From contig JAPEUI010000039.1 of NCBI GenBank assembly GCA_026025075.1, positions 62,001 to 126,000 on the forward strand: a DNA stretch of 64,000 nucleotides, read 5' to 3'. Under the pieces are notes generated by a model. The model had not been told where the DNA came from, did no database searches, and saw nothing but the letters and a program-made list of their open reading frames with translations. This stretch comes from Vezdaea acicularis (Eukaryota). The translations under genes were made by a program, and so were the position numbers. Shown one piece after another: positions 25,361 through 38,155 of this stretch; the stretch's first letter is position 1, and the number at the start of each line of letters is the position of its first letter.

Positions 25361-26005
25361 ACATCATTGCTCTTTCCTACAATCTACCATACTGTGTTAC
25401 TGCTCTTTTGAGCGACATTCCTGCTTGGAAGCCTTCCACAAGCTGCAGTTGCAGCTTGATCTTTCCTTCAAAGGTTCTGTGCACGTTACTTGTTCCTGCC
25501 GTAAGATTTGCTGCAGCAGTACCGCTGGGTAGCGCATGCAAGCGCATTCAGAGCTTGCGGCGAGACTGTAAGCTGGCTACAGAGGCAGCTCAAGCCACCC
25601 GCACGCAGCTGAGGAAGCAATGACGCTGCAAAGAGATTGCAGGCAGTGACAATACGCTGCACGCCTTGGACGCGCAGCAGCATCACCAGAAAACTCCCTG
25701 GGGGCAACGCTCTATCCCAAGGCGGACAAGCGGCGTGTTTGTGGTTTGTATGGCCCAAAAGCCCTTAGAAATTTCACGTCAGATAGTCAAGTGGTAGTGT
25801 GCATGTCTCCTGCTGGGTGACACTTCGGTTCGGGCCAATCCTTAGGGGGCGGTTCGAATCCGACTGTGTCACCCTCGGGATGTGACTCGAGCCTACACGG
25901 GATAAACTGAAATACTAAGCTACGCGCTGGGGAAGATGGGTTCCATTCCTTAGGGCGTGGGACTTTCCTTCTTGTAAAATTTTTAAGATCTTCCACTAGA
26001 ACCAT

Positions 26006-27693
26006 CTAAAACCAGTCACCAACATCAATGCCGCCGCTTCCCTCTCCACCTCCTTGCCCTAAATCGCTATTACCGCCACCCCCTGAGCCGGCATTGCCGT
26101 CCCCCCATGGCAATTCTTCGCCCCAGACTTCCTCCGTTTGCGCTGCTCGGCCAGGTGTGTCACCAGGGACAGCCCCTCCTTCAGAGGCCTCGGCTGCAGC
26201 TCCTTCAGCGGCACCCTCAGCAGCGGTGCCCTCGACGGCAGCACCCTCCGCGGCGGCTTCGCCACCTGGGAACCACAGCGGCATAAATCCCATTGCTCCC
26301 CCCCTACGCCTGCTGAAGTAGTCGAAGTCAACGCTGACGGCGGTCGCAAGCATCACTGCGCGTTGATCCAGTGTCATGCCAGACACGGCCTTATCATATG
26401 CCAGCGGATTCTTAGCTCCAGTCTTGGAGATGAGATGATCTGGCTCTTCAGCTAGCCCTGCGGCGTCCATACGAAGTGCATAGACTCCCGTGTCAGTGAA
26501 GATTTCACGACCAAACCCTGCAAAATTCCTATTCACAGAGCCTATGAGGCGGGAATCCGCAGAAAGCAGGGAGAAGTCCCACGACAAAAAGGGCTCGTCG
26601 ACATACGCGAATTGTTCAAACTCGGTTTCTCTGTTTCCAGCTTCAATAATCTGGAGCCGCTGTGACGCTGGAAGACTGTCTTCACCAGACGAAATTGGTT
26701 GCATTCCACTATTTCCCCCTGTATTCGAAGGGTTTCTGGATAAGAAAAGATTGTATTTTCTTCTTAATGGGGCCCACTGCTGCTGCGCTTCACCAATCAC
26801 ACGCATCTCAGAGAGCGAAAGGGGAGAGACGTGCGGCGAAGCGTTGGTAGTTTCTGTGGTCAAGGTACCAGGAGCACTCGTTTGTAGCGCTGTAGCTGAA
26901 ATGAATGCACGACTTGTGACTTCTTGAGGATCATAGACTCGGATACGAGAGGAAATCCATGAGAATGGCCGGTGAAACTAGTACAATAAGTAAGGCGTAA
27001 AGTTTGGTCTGTGACCGAACAAGCTTACTCGAAGGACCTCCTTCATCTCACGGTCGAAAATGTGGGTAGTGAAGCTCCGATGAGTTCGAAACCATTGTCT
27101 TGCCATCATATTGCCCATCCCAAGCTCTTGCTCCGCCATGTAGCCGATATGATTGCCCTGCGGATCCATAATGACATATTTATTTGCCTGCTCAAAGCCA
27201 CTTGTTGAGATTTTAGCTACAAGTCCCCTCGTCGACGCATTAAAGGAGTACATACTTACAGTACCAAATTCATAACCTCTAGCTGTCTTTGTATAACGAT
27301 GGCAGAATTCCTTAATATTGTATTCACTGGATGATTTCCTTTGAGCACCCCATTCGGATCCTCAGGGATATGAACGGGGACAAGTAGATTATTTTCATCA
27401 GCTTTAGCATCTCTAAGAGCTTCGGAGACCGTAAGCTGCTCATCTGTTTCTGGGGGTGGTCCGTGGTTCTTTTTGCTCCGACTTTGCGAACTTGCCTTGA
27501 GCGTGCCCCCTTCTTGCTTTCTTAGTAGCGCCTGATTTTTGCGCTGCTGGTCAAGCTTCGTTTGTTGCGTCGATTGAGCTCGGAGTAATTGGTGTGATGG
27601 CGATTTTCGTGACGCTTCAGCCTTTGTGGCATATATAGCATGTATGCTGATGCGCCGCCATGACGAGAATGAACGCAGATCTCTGACGACCAT
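26006..27693 (-). CDS. AIM25: Phospholipid scramblase family protein (Aim25-like); two introns
   Basis: IVIQRQLEVMNLVL|GFEQANKY, RQWFRTHRSF, QQQWAPLRRKYNLF, FTDTGVY, LDQRAVMLATAVSVDFDYFSR. Confidence 0.9.
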
Positions 27694-28289
27694 CTTGAGG
27701 GCAATGAATTAAATTCAACATCGAGTAGTGTAGCTACACCATCCCACATCATATGATTACACTCTTGAGTCCTTGATGAAACGCGACGGCAAATTCCGGG
27801 AACCTTGGAGGGTGAAATTCACATTCGGCTCAAGAAATTGAAAGGCAATTCACACTTAAAGATTTCAGTCTATTTTCTGGCGCAGAACTGTATGAGCACT
27901 AGAATGCTGTCAGAGATTCTCTATTTGACTCATAACGAATTGTGCTCATGCACGACTGGAAGCATCGGATGTGCGGGAAAGAGCGCGCACAGTCTAATTT
28001 ATGGACTGTGACTGTCCTCCCGTAAGCCCCCCGTTCTCATTTTGCGATCCCTAGCAACAGTTTCAAGCGGAGATGACACCATATGTTGTGCCTAGAGGCT
28101 CGACTCTGACTTTATGTCGGGTTTCGATGTCGGCTCAAAATTTTCTCCACGAGAAAAGACTACAACGGTATCTGAGCTCAGCTATCAGACACTTATGTCA
28201 TTCGTTCGACGTTGAAAGAGTCTTCACTGATATCTACGTGGCTTAGGCGCAAAATCAGTAGTGCCCATATGATAACTTGACCGAAGGTC

Positions 28290-29798
28290 ATGACTTCGAT
28301 ATCCCCATTGTCCGAGATAGCGCGAGTTTCGAAATCGAACCAGGGTATATCAATCAAGGACTCAATCGTCAGTCGACCTCCGAGGCAAAACTTCAACCGA
28401 ATACATGCCTTGCCAATACCCTTGGTAACATACCCACTGCCCGCCTTCATACCCCATAATCCGCTATCAATACTCCGCGTTGTTTATGCATATGTCTCTC
28501 AAGCAGTATCGCCGCCCTCATCGCATCCACCCGCACCATATCGCGCATACTTCTCTATCGAGACAAGATCTTTACATATTACAGACTCAAGTACAGCGCG
28601 GGCCCTTTGGGAGAAGGGATTCTTCGGTAAAGGCAGCTTGAGTAGGAGTGAACCGAGCTGGCTCAACCGGGAAAAGCAACGCCAGGGGTATAGTCTGGTG
28701 GACACGAGTGAAGAAGTCACCAGAAGAAGGCGAGATGAGAGAAAGAGATTTAAGGAAGAGCGTGCGAAGAAGGAACGCGAAGCCATTGAGAGAAAGCTGG
28801 AAGAAGAGCGGAGCGGCGCGCAAAGTTCGGCTCATCTCATTCTTGAGGAGGGTTCAGTCTCTCAGTTGAGCGAGCAAATTGAGGAAAATGGTACCCTCGC
28901 CAACAAAAAGGCCGATCTGGAAGATGATACCAGATTGTTCGTGTTTGAGCCTCCTAGTATACAATCTACACCACTCATCTCAACTCCACGAGCTGGAACA
29001 GATGGCGAGATCCCGAGTGACTCAATACTCAATGATACTGAGAAGGGTCTCAAATCTGGTAGATTCTCACCAATTGTACAAGAAGCGAGTCCAGCACCTC
29101 AGCAGCTCGCCGATATAGGTTTAGAACCCAAGTTTATATCACAAGCAGTCTCCAATGCACCAGACATCCGAAATGAAGAGCATCTACAGCTTTCGCTTGA
29201 AGAGGCATTTTTTCTTGCCTATGGCTTAGGTGTCCTCGAAGTATATGCCTACGAGAAGGAGGCTAGCCTATCGACCGACGAACTGCTTTCAATATTCCGA
29301 CAACATTCTCATTTCCCGCCAACCCCGTCTGCTCGTCTCCAACCAGATGATCCTTTCGTTCTGTCCTACGTTGCATACCACCACTTCCGTTCTTTGGGGT
29401 GGGTAGTCCGCTCAGGAGTCAAATTTGCTGTCGACTACTTGCTCTACAACCGGGGGCCTGTCTTCTCTCATGCAGAGTTTGCAGTCATAGTCCTACCCTC
29501 ATACAGCCACCCGTATTACTCGAGATTTGGCGAGCAAAGTAGGCAAGCTCCACAAAAGCAGAGAAGCTGGTGGTGGCTGCATAGCGTCAGCAGAGTGCAG
29601 AGTCAGGTCCGGAAGACGCTGGTCCTCGCTTATGTGGAGGTTCCACCTCCTGAAGATATGACTGATGGGGAGAATGGCCAGCCCAGGGACGATAAAATAC
29701 AGCTGTCACCTCAAGCTTCTGTAGAGAAGTTTCTACGGGGATACAGGGTCCGAGAGTTCATTCTGAAGAGATGGATTCCCAACCGCAACCGGGATTAA
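28290..29798 (+). CDS. SEN2: tRNA-splicing endonuclease catalytic subunit Sen2
   Basis: GFFGKGSLSRSEP, EHLQLSLEEAFFL, YHHFRSLGWVVRSGVKFAVDYLLYNRGPVFSHAEF, RWIPNRNRD. Confidence 0.95.
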   Translation: MTSISPLSEIARVSKSNQGISIKDSIVSRPPRQNFNRIHALPIPLVTYPLPAFIPHNPLSILRVVYAYVSQAVSPPSSHPPAPYRAYFSIETRSLHITDSSTARALWEKGFFGKGSLSRSEPSWLNREKQRQGYSLVDTSEEVTRRRRDERKRFKEERAKKEREAIERKLEEERSGAQSSAHLILEEGSVSQLSEQIEENGTLANKKADLEDDTRLFVFEPPSIQSTPLISTPRAGTDGEIPSDSILNDTEKGLKSGRFSPIVQEASPAPQQLADIGLEPKFISQAVSNAPDIRNEEHLQLSLEEAFFLAYGLGVLEVYAYEKEASLSTDELLSIFRQHSHFPPTPSARLQPDDPFVLSYVAYHHFRSLGWVVRSGVKFAVDYLLYNRGPVFSHAEFAVIVLPSYSHPYYSRFGEQSRQAPQKQRSWWWLHSVSRVQSQVRKTLVLAYVEVPPPEDMTDGENGQPRDDKIQLSPQASVEKFLRGYRVREFILKRWIPNRNRD

Positions 29799-30167
29799 CC
29801 ACTGTATAGCGCATAGCGCTTGTGCTAGAATAGATCGGACAAAACAATCCGCAAATGCCCCCTTGGTGAACAGCCGAAGTGCGCTGATACAGAGCCTGCC
29901 AGCGCCAAGCGCATAGTTGACATCAGTCCAATTCCACTCTAGCAATACGTAGGACGAAGAAGGTGGAGGACTCACGTGAGAGCGTGGGGCAAGCGCGTTC
30001 TGGCCTGAACAACCGAGTCGACACAAAGCACGGTCCCACCAGCCGCTGCATTGGGCACATTTACGCTATATTGTAGTCGCAGAATCCCACATGTCAGGAT
30101 CTTTGAGTCTTTCATACATGAGTGACACTGCGTTCAAATCTGAAGCACTTTCGCCCTTATAGACAGC

Positions 30168-33100
30168 ATGGATAGCGTAGATACTCAAGACCTACGAGGA
30201 ATGGCGGACGATTACATGCCCGACCTGGATGAGGTGAGTGAAGGCTAAGAGACTGCCGATTTTTCCCATTCGTCGTTCATTGCGCAATTGGCCATGCCGT
30301 GTTGCGGGGGGCCATTTTGCTTCGGCCTGGTTGGCTGTACCGCCTGAACCTTGCCGAGGAACGCGAGCGTGGGCTAACGGCCTATAATTTCTATGCAGTC
30401 CGACGCGAACACCTATCAAACAGACTCATTCCCAGAAAATGCAGCCAGTAAGTCGATACAATTGACGACCATTTCGACCGATGAATCAGTCAACATTCCC
30501 CAGACTGACGGGCTTGCGGTTCCACCCTCACATCCCATCCAATCCGACTCATTGCCTGTCCCTGTAGGAACCGGTCAAACCCACGCGAGCTGTACGCCAG
30601 AACGACATGATCGAATTATATCTAGGCCTCCCCAAGTGACTAAACCCCCCGTCAGGCAGGCTCACGGGTTGCATTCTCCGGCTGAAGGGCTGTCTAGAAG
30701 GATGACCTCTCATTCTGGCGGTATTGAAGCGGAGGAAAAGACGCAGGAGTTTTCCCCACACTTCTTCGAGGAGTATGAAGCAAACCGGCGCATGCGTGAC
30801 AGTCACACGACACCTCACAAGACAGCTCTAGCTGCAGGAGAGGATGGGCACGCAAGATCCTTGGAAGGGATGCAACAGGATATGTCCGATGATGAGCATG
30901 ATATCACAAAGACTGTGGATATGCCAGACGTAATCAGCCCTGACGAGTCACGGCATCTGCTCCTATCAGACCTTACACGCTTTACACCCTGGAAAACTCC
31001 GGCTTCAGAGTCCAAGAAGGCAGGATTTGGCCCATCAAGTAGCCCTTCTAGACGACTGCCAAATCCGTTCGCAAGAAAGACCGACTCTCATAGGGAGGTG
31101 ATGGGCTTCAGCCAGCTTTTTGACAATACTCAGGGTGCTCTAACGCCATTGGAGGAAGTCGCCACTTCCGACCCCCTGTCTGCGCGACCCTCGCCTGATG
31201 GACTTGACTGGAATAATCGGGACCCTGCTCCGCAAGCGGATCTCTCTTCGCCTTCAGTAACGGAACACAGTGCGTTCGCCCGAGCAGTTACAGAGCCCCA
31301 TTCGCACTATGTCAGCATAGAGGAATCGCAAAGGATGCGTCAAGAGTATCTCCAGAAACAAACATTATCTTCGGCGAAGCCCAATGAAGAGGCCGACGAC
31401 TTTGATGACGAATTCGACCGCTTTGAAGAAGAACTTCGAATTAAAAGGCGGCGACTGATGGAGAAAGATAATAAAGAGACAACCATTCAGTTTGCTAGTT
31501 TGACCGCCCCTGCTCGCAAACCAACATCAGCTTCAAAAGGCAGAAGGACCATGCACAGGCCGCTGCCACCCCTGAGAGCAGCAATAAACGCGAAAGAGGC
31601 CACGCTGAATGGTACAGACTCAGATAAGCAAGATAAAAAGGAAGAGACTGAAGGCGCCGCAGAAAATAAAGAGGAAGCCGAGACACAAGATGTGTCCGAC
31701 TCAGGAAATCCACCAAGGTATGAGACTGGCATAGAAGTCAAAGCGACCCCCGAAATGGAGCACAAGCATTGCGTGGAGCAAAAAAGAAAGGCTTCGATCT
31801 CAGACAGTGTAGATAACGTGGCTGTGGCAAATTCTCAGCCATCTCTCCCACAACAGCATTTTTCTGGATCGCAAGACTTGTCCCAACCTCAATTGCCCGG
31901 CATTCTGTCATCAGTCAACTGGCGAGTACGCATCTCGCAGTCGCAGACGGACCCGAAAGATATGGAAGATAGCTCTTCTCTGCCTCCACCACCACCTTCT
32001 TCAAGTATCAAGGAATTATCTTCTCCTTCCACAAGTCAAACTGATAGACCAATCTTCGGTCCAAGTGTTACAAATCCACAAACTTCTAATGCACAACAGC
32101 AACAAGCAATCCTTGCAGAAAGAAGTAGTCCTCCTCTACTTGTCCATCGCGTTCCTCCGATAGAAGATCATCGCACTGTGACCAATATCGAAGCACAAAT
32201 TGACAAGGGCCGACAGAATAATACCCTTGGAGAAGGCCATCAAGTAACCTCTGAACCTGGTTGTGCAATGATGAAAGTTTCGGAAGCTCCAACAGCCTTA
32301 GTAGCCCTAGAAGCACCGGAAACGCCGCTTCCTTCTAAGGCATCGAGTCTATTTCGTCCAGGTTATATTATACCTCAGACCAGCCCGTTCGAGACCTCCG
32401 ATTTCACATCACCTCTAAAAGCGAGATCCAATCGAAGCAAACAGCATCAGAGCGACGATACACGTTCACTAGATGAAGAAGCAACTCCAAGAGCAAGTAA
32501 CCAAGGCAGGGGCGCCACTCAATTGGAGAGAAACTCGGACTCTGAGACTGCTCAAATCCGAATGACAGGTCCTCAGAATACAGACGGCCCTGAACAAGCT
32601 CGTCGACATAGCGCTCCAGCCAGCCCCGAAAAGAATCGCCTAAGGACCTTATCAGAGATAGCTGCCGATCCCACACCACCTGGCTCCCTTGGAGCGTCCG
32701 ATATGGACTTCCGTATCATGAGTTCGCAAGACCAGGAATTTCATGATGCTGTGTCCAGCTCTCCTGTCATACCCCCAAGAAAGCGACAAAGAGCATATAG
32801 CCGTGCTCTGCGAGAAACCGAAGCAAAGATCAATCGCCAGGCACCGAAGGCAGTCACTGAATCAATTGAATATGATCAGCTTGAAGACGAACCACCACAC
32901 AAGCGTGCTAGAAGGATGACAGCAAATGCAGCGTTGTCAACTGCAACCCAACGTGGAAAATATCAGGCTCGAAGATTGAAGAAGCCAGGGAAGCCATTTT
33001 CCGCAACGATTGACGGTCCCGGGATCAGCGGCAAGGGAAAACCCAAGCTTGTGAAACTGGCCAAGGACCGATTGGGCGAGAGAGAACATCGTGACGGGTC

Positions 33101-34652
33101 GAAGCGAAAGACAACGCAAGTGCCAATCTCCGAATCAAAGCAAATGTGCCCCTCCTTGGGAAACGACAAAGAAATACCGGTACCACATGTTGAGCTTGAT
33201 ACAGCGAGGTTTGTCGCACCTACAAGGGTTCTAGCTCGATTCAACGGAACAAAATGTGCATACTACCCCGCGAAATGCATATTGGCCATTGCGCCTAATC
33301 AAGCAAGATTCAAGGTCCGCTTTGATGATGGTACTGTCGACATTTTGGATCAGCATAATGTGCGGAGATTTGAATTGAAGGTCGGTGATGTTGTAAAGGT
33401 TGACCTCCCGAAAATAAGGACCAAGAATTATGTTGTGTGTAGCTTCTCAAACAGGGCACCAAATCCCGAGGGAACGGCTAAATTGTCTGAAAATGCTGGG
33501 CATAAGGCGGAAGATTTCGAGACTGACGTCTTTGGCCATCAGAAGGTAATTCTCGCCCAGAAGCAAAGAGACAGCTTGCCTACAGACTTCATTCTGGATG
33601 AGATAGATACTATAGAAGTCGCTATATCGAGCGTTTATATTACCCAAAGCAGTTGGCATTACTTCGAAGATCGGCCCTACAAACATCCTAATCTATCACT
33701 AAGCCTGGCATCTAGAGATATGACTCCTGCGAAGGACACACCGACCCCGATCACTTCTGCATCGCTTAGCCGAAAGGGCTCTCCTCGTTTTGCAACACCC
33801 ACGTCTTCGACTGCGTCCTTGGCCTTATTCAGTAACATGGTTTTTGCCGTAAGCTACGTCGCTAACGACAAGGAGAAAAGTGGAGTGACTAACGACCTCA
33901 AAACCCATGGTGCACGTATCTTAGAGGACGGATTTGAAGAGATCATCAAAATAAACTCAAAGTCGCAGAGCTTGGAACTGGTCGAAGACGCGAAAGCTCT
34001 CGGATTTGCATGTTTGATTGCTGACAGACACTCTCGCCGGGCCAAGTACATGCAGGCGTTGGCTCTTGGTCTTCCGTGCCTCGCCGGACGCTGGGTTGAG
34101 GATTGTGTCAATAAGCAGGAGCTGATCGACTGGGAGCCGTACCTTCTATCTTCAGGAGACTCTACCTACCTTGGAGGCGCCGTAAAAAGCCGTTGCCTCC
34201 AAGCTTATCCAGCGAGAGTAGCAAGCCTTTCCCAGACCATTTCAAGCCGGCGCAAGCTTCTCAACGGCCACTCAATCCTGCTAGTGACGGGAAAGGGCAA
34301 GGCAGAGGAACGACGAAAAGCATATCTCTTCCTCAACTATGCGCTAGGCGCAGACGACGTGAAGGCAGTGGCTAATCTCGACTCGGCAAAGACCGTACTA
34401 GCATCGGAAAACTCAACTGGAAAGACATGGTCTCTTGTTCAAGTTGAGGGCTCCGAGCATGACGCTCAAAAAGCGCTCTTTGAAAATGGCACCGTTATGG
34501 ACAAGAAAAGGAAGTGGAGCAGAAACGGTCACAGAAATAGTACTCGGGAAAATAGTACTGCAAGTTCTCTTGGTGTCAGCACTACATGGCCGAAGGTGGT
34601 TGGAGATGAATTCGTTGTTCAGAGCTTGATACTTGGTCGTCTGGTTGAGTAG
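30168..34652 (+). CDS. RAD9: DNA-damage checkpoint mediator Rad9/Crb2 (53BP1-like); first intron 30234-30398
   Basis: SQ/TQ-rich disordered region, tandem Tudor (YYPA...VRFDDG...LKVGDVVKVD), C-terminal tandem BRCT (LIADRHSRRAKYMQALALGLPCL, EFVVQSLILG). Confidence 0.88.
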
Positions 34653-35025
34653 CAGACCTTCTGCAGGTAGTATGAGATGGTCTGTAGATTTTAGGCATGT
34701 CTATTGGCCCCAATCGTCACCTGACTCAGGCTATATGTATGAATGCATACGTTGGCAGCAGAAATGGCACCTTCGCTTGACGTGTCCATGACAGGGAGCT
34801 ACGAAGGGACGGGGGCTACCAAAGATGAGAAATAGGCACGCAATGGATATTTACTAGGATGTATGAGATGATACGTAGCATGAAAAGGGGGAATTTCAAG
34901 GGGCTCAGCAACTGCTCTTGACAGCTCCGTGTTATACATTTATCCTACAATGTAGATTCTCGTCCTGAACTCGAATGATCATGCACATATATAGTTCCAA
35001 CCGCTGTACATACCTAGCTTCCACT

Positions 35026-35897
35026 CTACTTTCTCTTCTTCAGAGTCTTCTTGGCCGCCACCGCCTTCTTCCTTGCAACCCTCTTCCTCCACGCCGCAAA
35101 TCGATCACCAGGCTTAAACTTCCGGACCTTGATCCCCGCCCTCTCCGCCACACGCCCAATCTCCCAATTGCTCTGCCTAAACATGCCACCTGGCCTTAGT
35201 CTGAGCGTCATATCCGGTCTCCCCTTCTTCTTAATGACGACCACACCCCTCTCCTCCGCCATTGACGTTCCTGGGGCACCTAGCTCTTGCTCGATCTCCC
35301 CCGTAATCTCAATCCCCTCGTCGAGCCTCTCTGCCGGAGGAAGCGGTGTGCTCGTTGTGATGGGTACCGCCTCCATGCCTAGCCGTCTCCGCCTCGCCAT
35401 ACCCGGAGACGTAGGGAGGCGCTGGTCGGGCGTCAATGCTACGCCGATGTACTTCCTTTTCGCGTGTCGACGCGGATCGGAGTAGTACCTAACAAAGCCT
35501 TCCTGTTTGGCGAAAATAGTGTGGTCGCGGCCACAGCCTGCGTTTTCGCCTGCGTGCCACAAGGTACCGCGCTGGCGGAAGATTATTTGGGAGGGAAGGA
35601 CGTGCTGGCCTGAAAGGAGTCAGCAAGATCTATTGGAGAGGCAGAGGAACTGAAGAGTGAGAGAGACATACCGCCTGTTTTCTTCGCACCCAGACGTTTT
35701 CCCGGGCCATTCTTCTTGCTGTTTATGCTGCCTTGGGATTTATGAGTAGCATTTCGGAAGAAAAGTAGGTGCGGGTTGGTCGGTGGTCGGAGCGTGAGAG
35801 CGCGAAACGCGTCCAGAACCGACGCAGAGGCATTTGATTGGCAAGATACACAGCTGCGAATGGCTGTGGATGGGCTTTGTAGCCTCTGAATAAGCAT
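35026..35897 (-). CDS. MRP7: Mitochondrial ribosomal protein bL27m; intron ~35610-35670
   Basis: Presequence followed by ATHKSQGS...GPGKRLGAKK|IIFRQRGTLWHAGENAGCGRDHTIFA. Confidence 0.93.
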
Positions 35898-36088
35898 CCC
35901 GTCAGAATATGTGGAGGTGATAAAGCTTGAGAGTTGAAGCTCTCAGAAGATTCCTCAGATTATCCGAGATCACGTGTAGGAAATGTTGAAAGCTGTGGCT
36001 TCTTCGAGGTTCTGATACAACCTAACTCAAACCACTCTACAATTCCTTGGGGGCCGCTACACTTATTGCAGTATCTTTCACAGCAACT

Positions 36089-36519
36089 ATGATGATCATA
36101 CGGATACCTTCAATCCTTTCCATGTTCCTTTTCGCGCTGGCCGCGCAGGCGCAGTTTCAATTCTTCGAGCAAATGTTCCACCAGGGTGGTGGACAGCAGC
36201 AACAGCAACAGCCTCAAAACGTCGCGAGTGACTCCTCATGGTATCAAGAGACTTATAATAGCGGTAAGTGGAGACTGGCCTGATCATTCTCTCCGCACTA
36301 CTTCCGCTAACGCCTCCTTCAACAGCACATTGCACAAATTACCTCTGCCCCGGCACCCTATCATGCGTCCATTTCCCACATCATTGCCCTTGCGCGTTTC
36401 CAGATGTAGAGGATAAGATTGAGCTTGGAGAGGGAATTGCGATCTGTGCTAGTAAGGGTGGATGGAAGGAAGGAGAAGTAGCACGGAAGGTTGAGTTGGC
36501 CAGGAAAGGACTATTGTAA
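36089..36519 (+). CDS. LCL2: Long chronological lifespan protein 2; intron 36264-36325
   Basis: Signal peptide, QFQFFEQMF, poly-[33 protein letters not shown]. Confidence 0.9.
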
Positions 36520-37141
36520 GGAGATAGTCTACGCTACTGCATTCGAAGGGCACATGAAATCAAGGAGTATTTCAAGTTTGTATTATACGGATTGCACTGT
36601 TCTCTGGCATTTCTCTCAACCCCAGAAATCGATCGCTGTTGCTGGCATTCATGGGAGCTAGAGATGGTAGTAAAAGATTGATATCCCCTAAGGCTTAGGA
36701 CAGACAACCTTCAGAGTGTCTACCATTACCTCTGCGAGAATCATATAAGTTAGAGTATTTGGATTCTCGATCACATTCTTGCCTATCGAGAAAGCTTGAT
36801 GGCATGTGCCTTTGATATATGACTAAGTTACGATGAAAAAAGTCATACTTGAATGGACATGTCCTATAGGTCTTACAAGTGAAATACTTCAAAATTCATA
36901 TGGTAATTCAGATGAGTCAATGAAAGTCGTGATCTGACTTCCTGTCCAGGTTTGGATCTAAGTTCGGTTAGTGGCTTTACTCTAAAAAATCCGCGACTAC
37001 CTTCAGCTTGAATAAACTCTTGTGCTCCAATCGAAAGCCACAAGACTGTAGCCTGCGGGAAGTGCGATATCTAGCGTACGTATTCATTCCTCGATTCCGA
37101 CTGAAGATGTCTGATAGCTTTGCTGACATGGTCTCTGCAGC

Positions 37142-37478
37142 ATGCATTTAATGTACACCTTGTCGCCGACGGGAAAGCGAATATACACGCTAAAGAAAAT
37201 CCAAAACGGCGAAGTCACGAAGAGCGCACATCCCGCAAGGTTTTCGCCTGATGATAAGTATTCGAGGTAGGTTTTTGCTTATTCAATAGCTGGAAACTGG
37301 AGAGTCTCCATGGGTAGATTTTGAAAATTTGAGCTAATCCTTGAATCTAGGCATAGGGTCACCCTGAAGAAAAGATACGGGTTGCTTCTTACGCAGCAAA
37401 GTAAGTGACAAGCGCGGAGCAAATCGAGGAACAGTTGGCTAATGGCTCCCAGAGCATAAGGCTAAGGCACAGTCGTGA
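37142..37478 (+). CDS. NOP10: H/ACA snoRNP subunit Nop10 (absent from the ORF track); introns 37267-37350, 37401-37452
   Basis: [19 protein letters not shown]...[29 protein letters not shown]. Confidence 0.96.
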
Positions 37479-38155
37479 GGTATTTGCTGGGAGGTGTCCG
37501 GATTTAAAATGGGAGCGCCTGGCCTATCAATTAAGCGCGTAGCCTTGGGATTACTGCAAGCACAGGAAGCACTGCCTCGAGCTGCATGGTAAAGCTTGAA
37601 TAGAGGTTTCGAAGTATTATGTTACTATCGAGCTGACATTGTTCGTCCAATTGTATGTTCCCTAATGCGCTATGTGTGGTGGTTCGTGATCAATGCTTGG
37701 AACGTATCACTCTGGGTTGATTTGATTGGTGAATTGTTTAGTCTCTTCTCGCGAGCCTTGGCAAATGTTTATTCACACAGTGTGTGAGCTTCTGTAGAGC
37801 TGTTTGAATTTAGAAACGCTACTTTTCTATATATCCATACCAAGGTATATATACTCCATTCTCTCTAGCTATTACAATATAGCGCGAGCTTGTAGTTTTG
37901 AGACCGCCCGCTTCGCATATATCTAAGACTAGTATCAGAAAATTTGGCTCGACTCAGATGAAGCCGGTCCTAACTTTCTTATCTCATCCCTTTAAAGGGT
38001 TGAACCCACGATACCGGCCAACTATGGCCTTCCGAAAGTAATGAGTCTTTGAACTTGCCTCGAGACGCCTGAAAATGCCCTGAAAATGCCCTGAAGTATT
38101 TGTGCTTCTTTCTTGCCGATGCTGTAGGTTGTTTGTGGCCACTCCATACCGAAAG

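Noticed and set aside
25955..25970. GGAAAGTCCC (minus strand) resembling RNase MRP CR-I
   Set aside because: No matching CR-V/P4 partner found; sits immediately after the AIM25 stop
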